DNA from: a virus
IMG/VR virus record: IMGVR_UViG_3300047388_000292
Coordinates: 1-64,000 of that record
DNA: 64,000 bases
Direction: 5' to 3' (one strand)
Of the stretch, positions 1 through 8,514 are shown in pieces; the first letter of the stretch is position 1, and every line of letters starts with the position of its first letter. The notes under the pieces were generated by a model. That model made no database searches and had not been told where the DNA came from. It saw only the letters and a list, made by a program, of their open reading frames with translations. The position numbers were made by a program, and so were the translations under genes.

Positions 1-436
1 GGACGAGCATCGCAAACGGGTTGCCAGCACGATAGCCCTCCATGTAGCGGATCGCGTCGTTGTACATCGCACTGACGGTCTTAGCGACATGTGGTCGATA
101 CTCCGCAACTCTTCGAGCCTCAGCCTTCATGATCCGATCTGGCCTACGATCGCCAAACTCCTCGAGAAACAGACGTAAGTTCGCTGCGTGATAGTCGCAC
201 GTAGTCTGCTCTGGCCGCGGATGTTCTCGCTGCCACCAGTCCGCGACAGATCGAAGTGTGCCAGCGTAAACGTGCCCGTGAGGATGAAACTCCTTCTCGG
301 CCTCTACCTCTGCGTACCTCGCAGTGCCCTCCTCATTCGCGGACCCACGCTTCGGGTAGACCCCGATGTAGACCTTGCGACCGACCGCAGGGCTGTAGAC
401 CCAGACCTCAAATTTCTTCCCTCTCCGGCGAATCAA
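1..436 (-). CDS. int: tyrosine recombinase/integrase, N-terminal part (runs off the window edge)
   Basis: Hand translation from TTG 436, which overlaps the xis stop: MIRRRGKKFEVWVYSPAVGRKVYIG...YHAANLRLFLEEFG...KTVSAMYNDAIRYMEGYRAGNPFAML. This fits an arm-binding plus core-binding domain ending in the NPF motif. The catalytic domain is outside the window. Confidence 0.75.
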   Translation of the reverse strand, partial: MIRRRGKKFEVWVYSPAVGRKVYIGVYPKRGSANEEGTARYAEVEAEKEFHPHGHVYAGTLRSVADWWQREHPRPEQTTCDYHAANLRLFLEEFGDRRPDRIMKAEARRVAEYRPHVAKTVSAMYNDAIRYMEGYRAGNPFAMLV

Positions 437-651
437 CTCTCCTCCTCTCGTCGAGCCAGCCACGCTTCTACCTCAGACAATCTATACCTTCTTGATCGTC
501 CGTACCGATGACTTGGTAGACCATCGTGAAGTCTGTAGGCGATCCATCGCTCAGACATGCCAAGAACCTCAGCAAGTTGAGCCATCGTCAACATCGGCTC
601 GAACCCCGGACGCTGAGGAAACTGAAAGATCTTGGCTGTCTCAACAGTCAT
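433..651 (-). CDS. xis: excisionase-like HTH protein
   Basis: MLTMAQLAEVLGMSERWI...GLPSHRYGRSRRYRLSEVEAWL is an Xis/HTH_17 pattern; translationally coupled to the integrase. Confidence 0.8.
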   Translation of the reverse strand: MTVETAKIFQFPQRPGFEPMLTMAQLAEVLGMSERWIAYRLHDGLPSHRYGRSRRYRLSEVEAWLARREEES

Positions 652-950
652 GGAATCCCACTCGTCTCAATGTCGAATGGACCGAACTTGAGGATCTCAA
701 CAACTCCACTCGGAGGCTTCATATTCATCAGCCACGCCTCGGCTACAGCGCGCTCAGGCGTAATCCAACGACTAACTGGTACGCCCTTGCGACGAAGATC
801 AATGATCCGACGAAGACGATCTTTATCTCGTCCCTCCGTGGAGTAGCGCCACTCAAATTCCTCCTTCTTGCAACCACGCGTCACGCAATACTCCCTGGTT
901 CGAGCGCAAACACACATACCAAGATGCACTGAGTATCGTTCTGTACTCAC
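648..950 (-). CDS. hypothetical protein
   Basis: 100-aa ORF with 4-nt overlaps to both neighbours. Confidence 0.6.
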   Translation of the reverse strand: MSTERYSVHLGMCVCARTREYCVTRGCKKEEFEWRYSTEGRDKDRLRRIIDLRRKGVPVSRWITPERAVAEAWLMNMKPPSGVVEILKFGPFDIETSGIP

Positions 951-1441
951 GGCGTAGCCTTCCAGTCGCCAGCAAGAACCACAGCAGCCCGAGCGATCGT
1001 CAGCCGGCCGGCGCAGATCAGGCGGTGAAGAAGGTTCTCGACGAGATCCTTGGCGTGCGCCCCACCAGAGCCGGCGTAGGGCTCAGGCCACAGGTTGTGC
1101 GGATCGGTCGGATTCCCACCATCCTCGAGCGCAACGAGATGATCCTCTTCGTACAGCGACGCTGATCCCTTGTCGCCGTAGGCTCGCATCTGATAGAGCT
1201 TCAACGAATTAGTGTAGGATGTCGGCGGTCGAATCTTCGAGGTGTATCCCGAAACACAGATCGTGCCCTTCGGATTCGCGACCGCAACAGCATTGAGAGC
1301 GCCCGACGTGCAGGCTGCGTCAGGGGTTACCACACCATCAACGAGCGTCCGGACGTGACACGCCAGCGAGCTCGAACGCATCGATCCACACGCCGCGAGA
1401 GCAAGAACAATCAGGAGCACTGCACTACTTAGCCGAGTCAC
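947..1441 (-). CDS. lipoprotein with HNH-like (His-Me) motif
   Basis: Hydrophobic N-terminus with LAAC lipobox; YEEDHLVALEDGG...NLWPEP...KDLVEN.LH..IC motif. Confidence 0.65.
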   Translation of the reverse strand: MTRLSSAVLLIVLALAACGSMRSSSLACHVRTLVDGVVTPDAACTSGALNAVAVANPKGTICVSGYTSKIRPPTSYTNSLKLYQMRAYGDKGSASLYEEDHLVALEDGGNPTDPHNLWPEPYAGSGGAHAKDLVENLLHRLICAGRLTIARAAVVLAGDWKATP

Positions 1442-1541
1442 GTGCAGATGTCCTCAACTATCATCGAAGCCTGCTCCACCAGCCAGCCCAACATTCCTAA
1501 GAACTCGAGCACAAACATCTTAGTTAGATCCACAACCACAC

Positions 1542-1814
1542 TCATGCCGGGATATCCCGGCCGATCTCTCGGCAACATTGGCTGCACGGGACATAGAGAC
1601 CATCACCAGTTCCAGTCGACAGGGTTCCGCGACGCATGGCCGGGTGTCTACCCTCCAACATGTCGATCGCATACTCCTCTATGCAACATAACGGATATCC
1701 ATAGTGAAGACCCTTTTCCATCACCCTAATCGCATCCTCAATCGGAGGCAAAGGCGCCCAAGTCGTAACGCCTAGATCGGTGATCGGATACCGATGATCA
1801 AGAAGCGCCATCAC
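1542..1814 (-). CDS. Cys-rich hypothetical protein (GYPxCC motif)
   Basis: YGYPLCC and PCSQCC motifs; overlaps the upstream gene. Confidence 0.55.
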   Translation of the reverse strand: MMALLDHRYPITDLGVTTWAPLPPIEDAIRVMEKGLHYGYPLCCIEEYAIDMLEGRHPAMRRGTLSTGTGDGLYVPCSQCCREIGRDIPA

Positions 1815-2035
1815 TCATCTCCGTAGAGGACCGAAACGATTTCTGGATGCCCCAACGCAATCGCAATCCGATCAACAACGAAGATATCAATCGTCTTCCG
1901 TTTATGCCTGAGAACTGTTACATCGATGCCATGACAACGTCGATTGAACTCCTCTTCACTCAGATGCAGGTCACGCAGCCAGAAATCAAACGGTTCACGA
2001 GACCTATATGGGCTATCAGGATTACGCCTCGTCAT
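1811..2035 (-). CDS. small HTH-like hypothetical protein
   Basis: 74 aa; IDIFVVDRIAIALG resembles the end of an XRE domain. Confidence 0.45.
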   Translation of the reverse strand: MTRRNPDSPYRSREPFDFWLRDLHLSEEEFNRRCHGIDVTVLRHKRKTIDIFVVDRIAIALGHPEIVSVLYGDE

Positions 2036-3102
2036 GCAGCCACCGCTCGCCTGCGATCAACAGCAGCTTGCCAGGCATCCAACCATCGCCACGAGTTGTC
2101 CTCGATCAGCAAGTTATCCCTGACAAACTCGCGCCCACGCTGACCTTCCTCCTCGCGCAACGACGGCTCTCGAAGCAACCGTAAGACAGCACGATGCCAG
2201 TCTCGAGAGCGATCCTTGGCTATGCACCCAACATCAGCCTGTCTGACGAACTCGAGATACTCCGGCTGAGGGGAAGCGACCCAAGGCACTCCAAGCGCCG
2301 AATACTCGAGCACCTTCAACCAACTCTTGCCCTGCCAGTTGTACCGATTCTCTGCAAGCGGAGCAATACCTACATCGAGGTGCGCAACCAAATGTGGGTA
2401 CTCAAGAAACTCCACGATGCCAGTCTCTCCCAGTTCCTCGTCGAGCCACAGAGACTTCCGAACATCCTCCTTGAGTCCTACAACCCGAAACCTAGCGCTA
2501 ACCTCCCTGATCGCTAACCCCACACCTCCACGAGTGACTTCGAGATCTCCAGGATGATTCTTCACCGTGCCACCCCATCCAACCGTATGCCCGTCTCGTT
2601 GTGCTCCGATGTCGAGGTAGTGCTGAGGAACACAATTACGAACCAGATGCACGCGGCCATGAGAAGCGTAGTTCTTAGCGATCCCAGGCGTCGATGCAAC
2701 CACCACATCCGCCATCGAGCACGCCCGCTTCAGATACTTCCACCCGGTCATGTTCTGGTTGTAAGACTTGTGCTGTGGATGATTACTAGGGAGATGCTGT
2801 AAGTCGTCGTCAATATCGACAACAACCGCTATCCCAAGCTCCTGGTAGAACGGAATCGAATCTGCATAGACCTGTTCCGCAGGACGCTGTAAGACGAGTA
2901 CATCAGCATCAGGAGGATCAACGATTCCCACAACCTCAATAGATCCGTCGTCATTTATCCCACTGCACTCGATCTGAATCTTCTCGTAATCAATGATCTC
3001 GATCTCGCCACGATCCGTAAGGACCTGAGCCGGCCATCTAACCCTCAACATCCCACACGCCTGAAGATCTGATGTAGTGATGGCGACACGCAACTTACCC
3101 AT
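2032..3102 (-). CDS. glycosyltransferase, GT-B fold (GT4-like)
   Basis: VVVDIDDDL, ADVVVAST, VGWGGT, LDVGIAPL...KSWLKVLEYSALGVPWVAS motifs. Confidence 0.9.
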   Translation of the reverse strand: MGKLRVAITTSDLQACGMLRVRWPAQVLTDRGEIEIIDYEKIQIECSGINDDGSIEVVGIVDPPDADVLVLQRPAEQVYADSIPFYQELGIAVVVDIDDDLQHLPSNHPQHKSYNQNMTGWKYLKRACSMADVVVASTPGIAKNYASHGRVHLVRNCVPQHYLDIGAQRDGHTVGWGGTVKNHPGDLEVTRGGVGLAIREVSARFRVVGLKEDVRKSLWLDEELGETGIVEFLEYPHLVAHLDVGIAPLAENRYNWQGKSWLKVLEYSALGVPWVASPQPEYLEFVRQADVGCIAKDRSRDWHRAVLRLLREPSLREEEGQRGREFVRDNLLIEDNSWRWLDAWQAAVDRRRAVAA

Positions 3103-3445
3103 CGTCTTCCTCAGCCATCTTCGTAATACACGCTGAACAATGCATCAATGGTGGGTTGCGTGATTCATCACAGCCAACAGTTGTACATGTCGGTCCCTGC
3201 CTGACTCTGCGCTTCTTGTTCTTCGCCTTCGGGTCGGTAGCACCATGATGCATATTCCTACCCTGCGTCTTGACGGACTCGGAAATCTTCGCGAGCTGCT
3301 CGGCATGCCCTAGACAAAAAAGCCTCCACCGACCATGCCCAGGATCTTCGTGACAATCCGGATTCACGCACTCAAGAATCGGTCTACCCTTGTAGAAAAC
3401 TGTCGCACTCATATATCTAGGAACCACTAAAGACATGCCAATCAC
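3095..3445 (-). CDS. Cys/His-rich hypothetical protein
   Basis: Two Cys/His clusters (CxxxxC...CxxH and CxxxxC...CxxC), coupled between the two glycosyltransferases. Confidence 0.55.
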   Translation of the reverse strand: MIGMSLVVPRYMSATVFYKGRPILECVNPDCHEDPGHGRWRLFCLGHAEQLAKISESVKTQGRNMHHGATDPKAKNKKRRVRQGPTCTTVGCDESRNPPLMHCSACITKMAEEDDG

Positions 3446-3933
3446 TCCGGCTTCACTAGGGAGATAACGTCGGTATGCCAGACCATCTCACCGAAATTCC
3501 TAAGTGTCGAGGAAATGAAATAGTAGTCACCCTCATACGCGTCCTCCTTCCACGTCCCCAGTTTCTCCGAAATATTCGGCACCACAATCATCTGGGTCGA
3601 AACATTCCCTAACGTAACTTGCTGTAGTTGCCATATCTCTGTCCCGTCGGCGTAACGCATCTTGAACAAATGAGGCGTATGCGGGTTCATCTCCACCGCT
3701 GCTCGAATAACATCAAACGCACCAGGAGCTGTTTCGTCATCGTCGTCTTGAAAGAGAATAAAATCTCCACGAGCGGCCCGCATGAGTTGGTTGCGCGCTT
3801 TATGCCCCCACGGGCAGTCCTGGTTGATCGACACAAGGATCTCATCACCCTCAAGCATCTGTGGACGAATGCTGTCAATCGTCCGAGATAAGGTCGGTCT
3901 CCCAGACGTCGCAATAATTGCCGTCAATCTCAT
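3442..3933 (-). CDS. glycosyltransferase, GT-A fold (GT2-like)
   Basis: IIATSGRPTL, GHKARNQLMRAARGDFILFQDDDD (DxD), YEGDYYF; start taken at MRLTAII, coupled to the upstream stop. Confidence 0.88.
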   Translation of the reverse strand: MRLTAIIATSGRPTLSRTIDSIRPQMLEGDEILVSINQDCPWGHKARNQLMRAARGDFILFQDDDDETAPGAFDVIRAAVEMNPHTPHLFKMRYADGTEIWQLQQVTLGNVSTQMIVVPNISEKLGTWKEDAYEGDYYFISSTLRNFGEMVWHTDVISLVKPE

Positions 3934-4493
3934 GGCGTGTAAATCCACATCGTGTCGACGATCTTCACCGTACCCAACAAATCCTCATCTGATAACGCAT
4001 CAATCGCCTCAGCCACACCTGGACAACTATCCTCCAAGTAGTCATGACAGACGATCGCGCCGCCCGGAGCAAGGATCTTCAGAGAGTTCTCTACATCTCT
4101 ACGCACAGACTCTCGACGATGATCTCCGTCAATAAAGATCAGATCGAACATCGACCCAAGATCGTCAAGAACCGGCAGAGCCCAAGCACTGTCGGCAAGC
4201 ATCATCGCAACCTTACTCACCGCCCCATAAGCAGAGAGATTTGCCAGCATCCTCTCCCGGCTGCCTTCAAGCGATCCATATCCAGCGTGTGGATCAACCG
4301 CCACCACGTGCTTCGCAACCTTCGCCATGACGATCGCGCTATATCCGTAAGCCGACCCAATCTCCAACACACTCTTATCGACCGCCATATCTTGCAGAAC
4401 AACGGTCTCGTTCTCAGTCAGTGAGGTGGATATAAGCGGTCCACCATCAATCCGCATATCTCTCCACGGCAACAACATTTGCATCGTCTCCAT
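3930..4493 (-). CDS. class I SAM-dependent methyltransferase (Methyltransf_24-like)
   Basis: VLEIGSAYGYS, FDLIFIDGDH, PGGAIVCHDY; ATG 4493 has a GAGGGAG SD. Confidence 0.88.
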   Translation of the reverse strand: METMQMLLPWRDMRIDGGPLISTSLTENETVVLQDMAVDKSVLEIGSAYGYSAIVMAKVAKHVVAVDPHAGYGSLEGSRERMLANLSAYGAVSKVAMMLADSAWALPVLDDLGSMFDLIFIDGDHRRESVRRDVENSLKILAPGGAIVCHDYLEDSCPGVAEAIDALSDEDLLGTVKIVDTMWIYTP

Positions 4494-4503
4494 TTCGTCT
4501 CCC

Positions 4504-5772
4504 TCATGTAACCGGCGCTCGTTGAAACTGCTGTGCATCTGTCCACATCTTCGCGAACGTCCCAGTCGATGGATCCCACACCACGTCGACCTCCGCCAAC
4601 GGGCCATGCCGGAACTTCAGCATCTTGATCCGCATCTTCGACTGCGCTCGCATCCCTTCGTCCTGCATCATTCCGAGGTAGAGGTCAGCAGCCTGGTACA
4701 CGGAGATGCTGCCACCCATATTCGTCCGTGATGACCCTCCCTCGGCGGCGTCCCTGCCATCCTGCGAGACCATGATGACCGCGGTATCGGTATCCATCGC
4801 GATCGTCTTCAAGTCATTGGTGATGTTCTCCAACTGCTCCCATTTCGGCACCCGCGTCGCGTACGACATCTTCATCCGCTGCACATAATCGATCGCACAG
4901 ACATCAGGCTTGTATCTCTCGATCTCAGCGTGGACACGATCGATCGTCCCTCCGCCGAAGCGGTCAAGAATCAATATCTCTCCCCGCGCCTTCGAGTAGA
5001 CCCGAGAGACGTCGCGCCAATGCTTGACCTGCATATCACTGAGGTCGTGACGCATGAAATCACTGTGCTTCCAGTGCATGACCATCGTGTGCAGACGATC
5101 TTCAACCTCGCGAGCAGACATCTCGGCCGAAAGCAAGAGTGCAACCTTGTCGTCTTCGAAAGCGCCTAGTAAATTGACCCCGGTAAGGAAGGATTTTCCG
5201 AGCCCGCTGAAACCGGCGTTCGTGACAACCCATCCCGGCTTGATGCCATCAGTCGTCTGATCGACTATCGGGATTCCGAGCGGCGTGCCTGGACGATGCT
5301 TTCCGTGCTCTTCTTCATACGCCTGGATCCGGAGTTCGAAGTCCTCAGAGAATCGTGCAACACGGCCGGAAGGAATGACCGTCGCAATCTCGCGAGCCGC
5401 CTCGAGCATGACCTCGTGCAAACTTCCTCGGCGATTCCAGTACTCCGGGTCCGACTTCGGCATCATCGAAAGTTCGATGACCTTCGCCTCGAAGTAGCGC
5501 CGGCGGACCTCAGCTAGGAACTCATCGAGTAGAGCCTCTACTGGCTCCGAGCTGTACTCGCCTCGCCAGTTCGGGAAGTTGTGCTGGACGAAAGACGCTG
5601 AGGGACAAGATCCATACTTGCGCGCGTACTCAGACGCCCAAGAGAAGATCTGGCCTACTTCTCGTCCCGGTTCATCCTGAGTGAAAAGCTCAGAAACAAC
5701 TCCCCGGGAGATGAGAAGATGTATGTTGCCCTCCGCCAAACTCTTGGCAACAAGGGCACGCTGAACGTCCGT
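4504..5772 (-). CDS. dnaB: DnaB-like replicative helicase
   Basis: Walker A GFSGLGKS, LSAEMS, AIDYVQ, MVSQ, YQAADLY, KFRHG; start probably ACG 5772 (see findings), otherwise TTG 5739. Confidence 0.88.
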   Translation of the reverse strand, partial: TDVQRALVAKSLAEGNIHLLISRGVVSELFTQDEPGREVGQIFSWASEYARKYGSCPSASFVQHNFPNWRGEYSSEPVEALLDEFLAEVRRRYFEAKVIELSMMPKSDPEYWNRRGSLHEVMLEAAREIATVIPSGRVARFSEDFELRIQAYEEEHGKHRPGTPLGIPIVDQTTDGIKPGWVVTNAGFSGLGKSFLTGVNLLGAFEDDKVALLLSAEMSAREVEDRLHTMVMHWKHSDFMRHDLSDMQVKHWRDVSRVYSKARGEILILDRFGGGTIDRVHAEIERYKPDVCAIDYVQRMKMSYATRVPKWEQLENITNDLKTIAMDTDTAVIMVSQDGRDAAEGGSSRTNMGGSISVYQAADLYLGMMQDEGMRAQSKMRIKMLKFRHGPLAEVDVVWDPSTGTFAKMWTDAQQFQRAPVT

Positions 5773-5845
5773 ATTCCTCTCCTAAGTTCGTCTCCGACCC
5801 CGGCTCCCCGGGGGTGTCGCCCCTCGTTGAATAGACGACACCCAG

Positions 5846-5875
5846 AATCTACTCCACCTACCTTACCCCTGTCAA
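5846..5875 (-). promoter_or_regulatory. sigma70/SigA-type promoter for the helicase operon
   Basis: Minus strand TTGACA-18 nt-TAGATT. Confidence 0.65.
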
Positions 5876-6141
5876 GTAAGGCTACAAAGGGATTCCTTCC
5901 CAAATCCCACCAGCGCTGAGTGTTGACGAAGAGCGACATCAGAAAACGTGATCGAGGTGCCTGGTGGAAGATGCTCTGGCTTAGCGAGTTCTGGATCCTC
6001 GCACACAGTCATCGTCACCGATCCATTGATGTTCTTCCCCGCAGCTTTGACGCAAGCATGGATCGCCTCGGCAATCCCTACCAACAAACCAGGAGGGGCT
6101 TCTCCGTCGCACTCCAACGTGAATACAACGTGGTGTCTCAT
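5872..6141 (-). CDS. hypothetical protein
   Basis: 89-aa ORF coupled to the upstream gene. Confidence 0.5.
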   Translation of the reverse strand: MRHHVVFTLECDGEAPPGLLVGIAEAIHACVKAAGKNINGSVTMTVCEDPELAKPEHLPPGTSITFSDVALRQHSALVGFGKESLCSLT

Positions 6142-6596
6142 ACGCTCAGACTGAGCCCTGCTCCAACAGCCGCGCCGGGTCCTACAGTCACCGCAACGGG
6201 CTGGACCGAGAACGGCGTGACGCCATCCGGCTCGAGGATCGGCTGACCGGCAGCATCGGCAATCGTCGCTGAGATGTTCGCAGTCCCCTCGGCTACCGGA
6301 GCAACCTTGCCGCTCGTCGGATCCACAGTGGCGACCGCAGGATTGTCGCTGACGTACGTGACCACGGCGCCCTCAGGAGCAGGAGCGTCAGTGTCGCCCT
6401 TGTCGTCCACATAGTTGACGGCAGCCTGCTCGTTCGTGGTGTCTACGGTGATCGTTCCGGGCATGATGCTTCCTCCAATGGTAAGAATTGCGGTCACTGG
6501 TCCCAGCGGCCGGGGGAGTCGCTTGATCTTGGCCTTGATGGGACCGAGCTCGAAGACCAGCTCAACTTCCTCGACCAAGGCTTCATCGTCGCTCAT
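6138..6596 (-). CDS. Ig-like (Big_2) domain protein
   Basis: VTYVSDNPAVATVDPTSGKVAPVAEGTANISAT; second in-frame start at 6464 with a GGAGG SD. Confidence 0.75.
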   Translation of the reverse strand: MSDDEALVEEVELVFELGPIKAKIKRLPRPLGPVTAILTIGGSIMPGTITVDTTNEQAAVNYVDDKGDTDAPAPEGAVVTYVSDNPAVATVDPTSGKVAPVAEGTANISATIADAAGQPILEPDGVTPFSVQPVAVTVGPGAAVGAGLSLSV

Positions 6597-6614
6597 AGTC
6601 GTAGTCTACTTGTC

Positions 6615-6914
6615 CTACGTCAAGATGCCGAGAGCCCTCTCCCGGACCTCATCTTCGACAGAAGCCATCCGTGCCTCTCGCTCCTCTTCCTCAGCCACTG
6701 CGCAGTGCTCACAGGCTCCAACCGGCTGCGTCAACTCGACGAGGATGCTGCAGATGTGACCAACCGGGAAGTTCTCGTCGCCGTCCTCCTCCTCGACGAT
6801 GCACGCGTAGGTCGTGTAGTGACCAACCTCGAGATCACTCGTGGCATCAAGCATGCGGGCAATGGCCTTGGGATCGATTTTTGTTCTGACCCCTCCTATC
6901 GGTTCTACCCTCAT
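6615..6914 (-). CDS. hypothetical protein
   Basis: 99 aa, Cys-containing, coupled overlap. Confidence 0.55.
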   Translation of the reverse strand: MRVEPIGGVRTKIDPKAIARMLDATSDLEVGHYTTYACIVEEEDGDENFPVGHICSILVELTQPVGACEHCAVAEEEEREARMASVEDEVRERALGILT

Positions 6915-7267
6915 CCTCCTGCCGCCCTCCGCTTTAGCTCGGTGTAGAGCACCTCTCGATCCTCGGCAAGCGAGCGCTCCACAAGATCACGAACCCGCCG
7001 CATCTGCGCAAGCACCTGCTCATCTGGTCCATCCACGATAAAGGCAGTCAAGGTGACCGGGCCAGTAGTAGCGTTGCCAAATTGCTGCGTCGGCGTTACC
7101 TCAGCGTTCGAGTGGGCGTACATCAACAGTGGATTCCCAAACTGATCTCGAGGCCATCCTTGCCTGAGAGTATCGAGAGGATTCTCGCGATCCTCGTTGC
7201 GTCGAGCTTCCTTCATCTGCGCATTCGCAAGAGACAATTCGCTCCTTCTCTGCTGTTCCTCGGCCAT
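6911..7267 (-). CDS. hypothetical protein
   Basis: 118 aa, coupled overlaps. Confidence 0.6.
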   Translation of the reverse strand: MAEEQQRRSELSLANAQMKEARRNEDRENPLDTLRQGWPRDQFGNPLLMYAHSNAEVTPTQQFGNATTGPVTLTAFIVDGPDEQVLAQMRRVRDLVERSLAEDREVLYTELKRRAAGG

Positions 7268-7557
7268 CAGCGATCCCCACCCGGTCCGTCAAAGGTCGAC
7301 GGGAGCGGCTCTAGCGGCTTGATAGTTGGTCTGAGAGTGCTCTCTGGATCAACTGGACCCTCTCCCGGCTCATTCCTCGCGTCCTGCCAGTTCTTCGCGA
7401 CTGCAGCGATGTCGTGCAGACTCTCCGCGATGCTGATAAAGGTCTGTCCGAAGATCAAGACAGACTTGGCCGCGACCTCGTCAAACTTGTCGTCGTCGTG
7501 ATTCCTGATGGTGGCGACAATCTCTTCAACACCATTATGCAATTCCTCGAAGTGCAT
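7267..7557 (-). CDS. hypothetical protein
   Basis: 96 aa; GAGGAGACGAG start-associated SD. Confidence 0.6.
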   Translation of the reverse strand: MHFEELHNGVEEIVATIRNHDDDKFDEVAAKSVLIFGQTFISIAESLHDIAAVAKNWQDARNEPGEGPVDPESTLRPTIKPLEPLPSTFDGPGGDR

Positions 7558-7581
7558 CTTCTCGTCTCCTCTCGTTGATTC

Positions 7582-7848
7582 CTACTCGCCCGTCTTGCGA
7601 TCACATCTCAGCTTGATCAGTTTCTCCGTGGACTGCGGGCGCCGGGTCTCGAGCCACGCCACGATCAGATCGACCTGCTCAGGGGTCCAGTAGCGCCATC
7701 CACGCTCGTCTCGCTGAGGCATCGCTCCAAGCGGCAGAGCCTTGTCCCGCGTCCACTGGCGGATCGTGTGCTGAGTCCTGTCGATGATCCCGCCGAGTTC
7801 CGCGAGGTAGATGCGACCAGGAACCTTCTTGCTGTGATCTCGTCCCAC
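7582..7848 (-). CDS. MerR-family HTH DNA-binding protein
   Basis: IYLAELGGIIDRTQHTIRQW...PQRDERGWRYWTPEQV; GTG 7848 lies 6 nt downstream of TGtTAGGAT (leaderless). Confidence 0.8.
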   Translation of the reverse strand: MGRDHSKKVPGRIYLAELGGIIDRTQHTIRQWTRDKALPLGAMPQRDERGWRYWTPEQVDLIVAWLETRRPQSTEKLIKLRCDRKTGE

Positions 7849-7950
7849 ACACGTCGATCCTAACAGACCCCTGTCAGGTCGTAGGACGCTGTAGGTCAAG
7901 AAAGAGAGAACCCCGCCGGACGCTAGAACGACGGGGCTCTCAAGAAACCC

Positions 7951-7978
7951 TTGCACGCTGTAGGACAGGTGGTAGGAT
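7951..7978 (+). promoter_or_regulatory. rightward promoter into a non-coding region
   Basis: TTGCAC-16 nt-TAGGAT with an extended TG; no credible plus-strand CDS downstream. Confidence 0.55.
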
Positions 7979-7984
7979 CCCGCT

Positions 7985-8312
7985 CTCACGAAGCGGTCGG
8001 AGTGTAGTCGCTACGCTCAGGAATTTCAATGACGCCCCGGTGATCGCAGGGGCACGAATTCGACCAGGAGCCTCTGGAGTGCGGGGAGGCACAACAACCA
8101 AATATCTCCTGATCGAACGACAGGCGCTGGAACACAGGGATACTGGAGCTGAGCCAGCGGCTGATCTGGAAGCGGATGGGACGGCCAGCTATATGCGAAG
8201 GCGCTAGGCCGCGGAAGATCAGTATGGGGTCTGGGAGGGCGGAGATATGTGGAATATGTTCCCCCCAAATCTGGTTTTTTCGCGCCAGGGATGGGCGGTT
8301 TGCGGCCCGCCC
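7985..8312 (+). ncRNA. candidate structured non-coding RNA
   Basis: Several complementary stems, 16 GGA versus 2 TCC, an upstream promoter and a terminal GC hairpin at 8293-8312. Confidence 0.45.
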
Positions 8313-8322
8313 CGAAGTACGC

Positions 8323-8514
8323 TTACTGCTCTGTTTTCTTTCCGTAAATCAAACAGAGAGCCCAACAGATCTTCGTCCACAACCCCCGCATCGGCTCATA
8401 CGGCGACCGTTGAATCAGCCGCTGCAACATGTCCAGATCATGCCTGCTGATCTCGATCGTGAACCGGTCTTCTTCCTCGTGCCAGCGCACCTCGGCATTC
8501 TTCTCAGGCGTCAT
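8323..8514 (-). CDS. hypothetical protein
   Basis: MTPEKNAEVRW...; ATG overlaps the frame-corrected stop of the upstream gene. Confidence 0.5.
   Translation of the reverse strand: MTPEKNAEVRWHEEEDRFTIEISRHDLDMLQRLIQRSPYEPMRGLWTKICWALCLIYGKKTEQ

Noticed and set aside
7995-8065. Three-way junction as a hammerhead ribozyme
   Set aside because: Lacks the CUGAnGA and GAAA core
8020-8152. tmRNA-like snippets (GGGGC..TTCGAC, ACCAAATA)
   Set aside because: No valid T-arm or CCA end, and the implied tag does not end in hydrophobic/Ala residues
8026-8268. 80-aa minus-strand ORF across the ncRNA candidate
   Set aside because: Pro-rich, TTG start with no SD and no motif; not fully excluded
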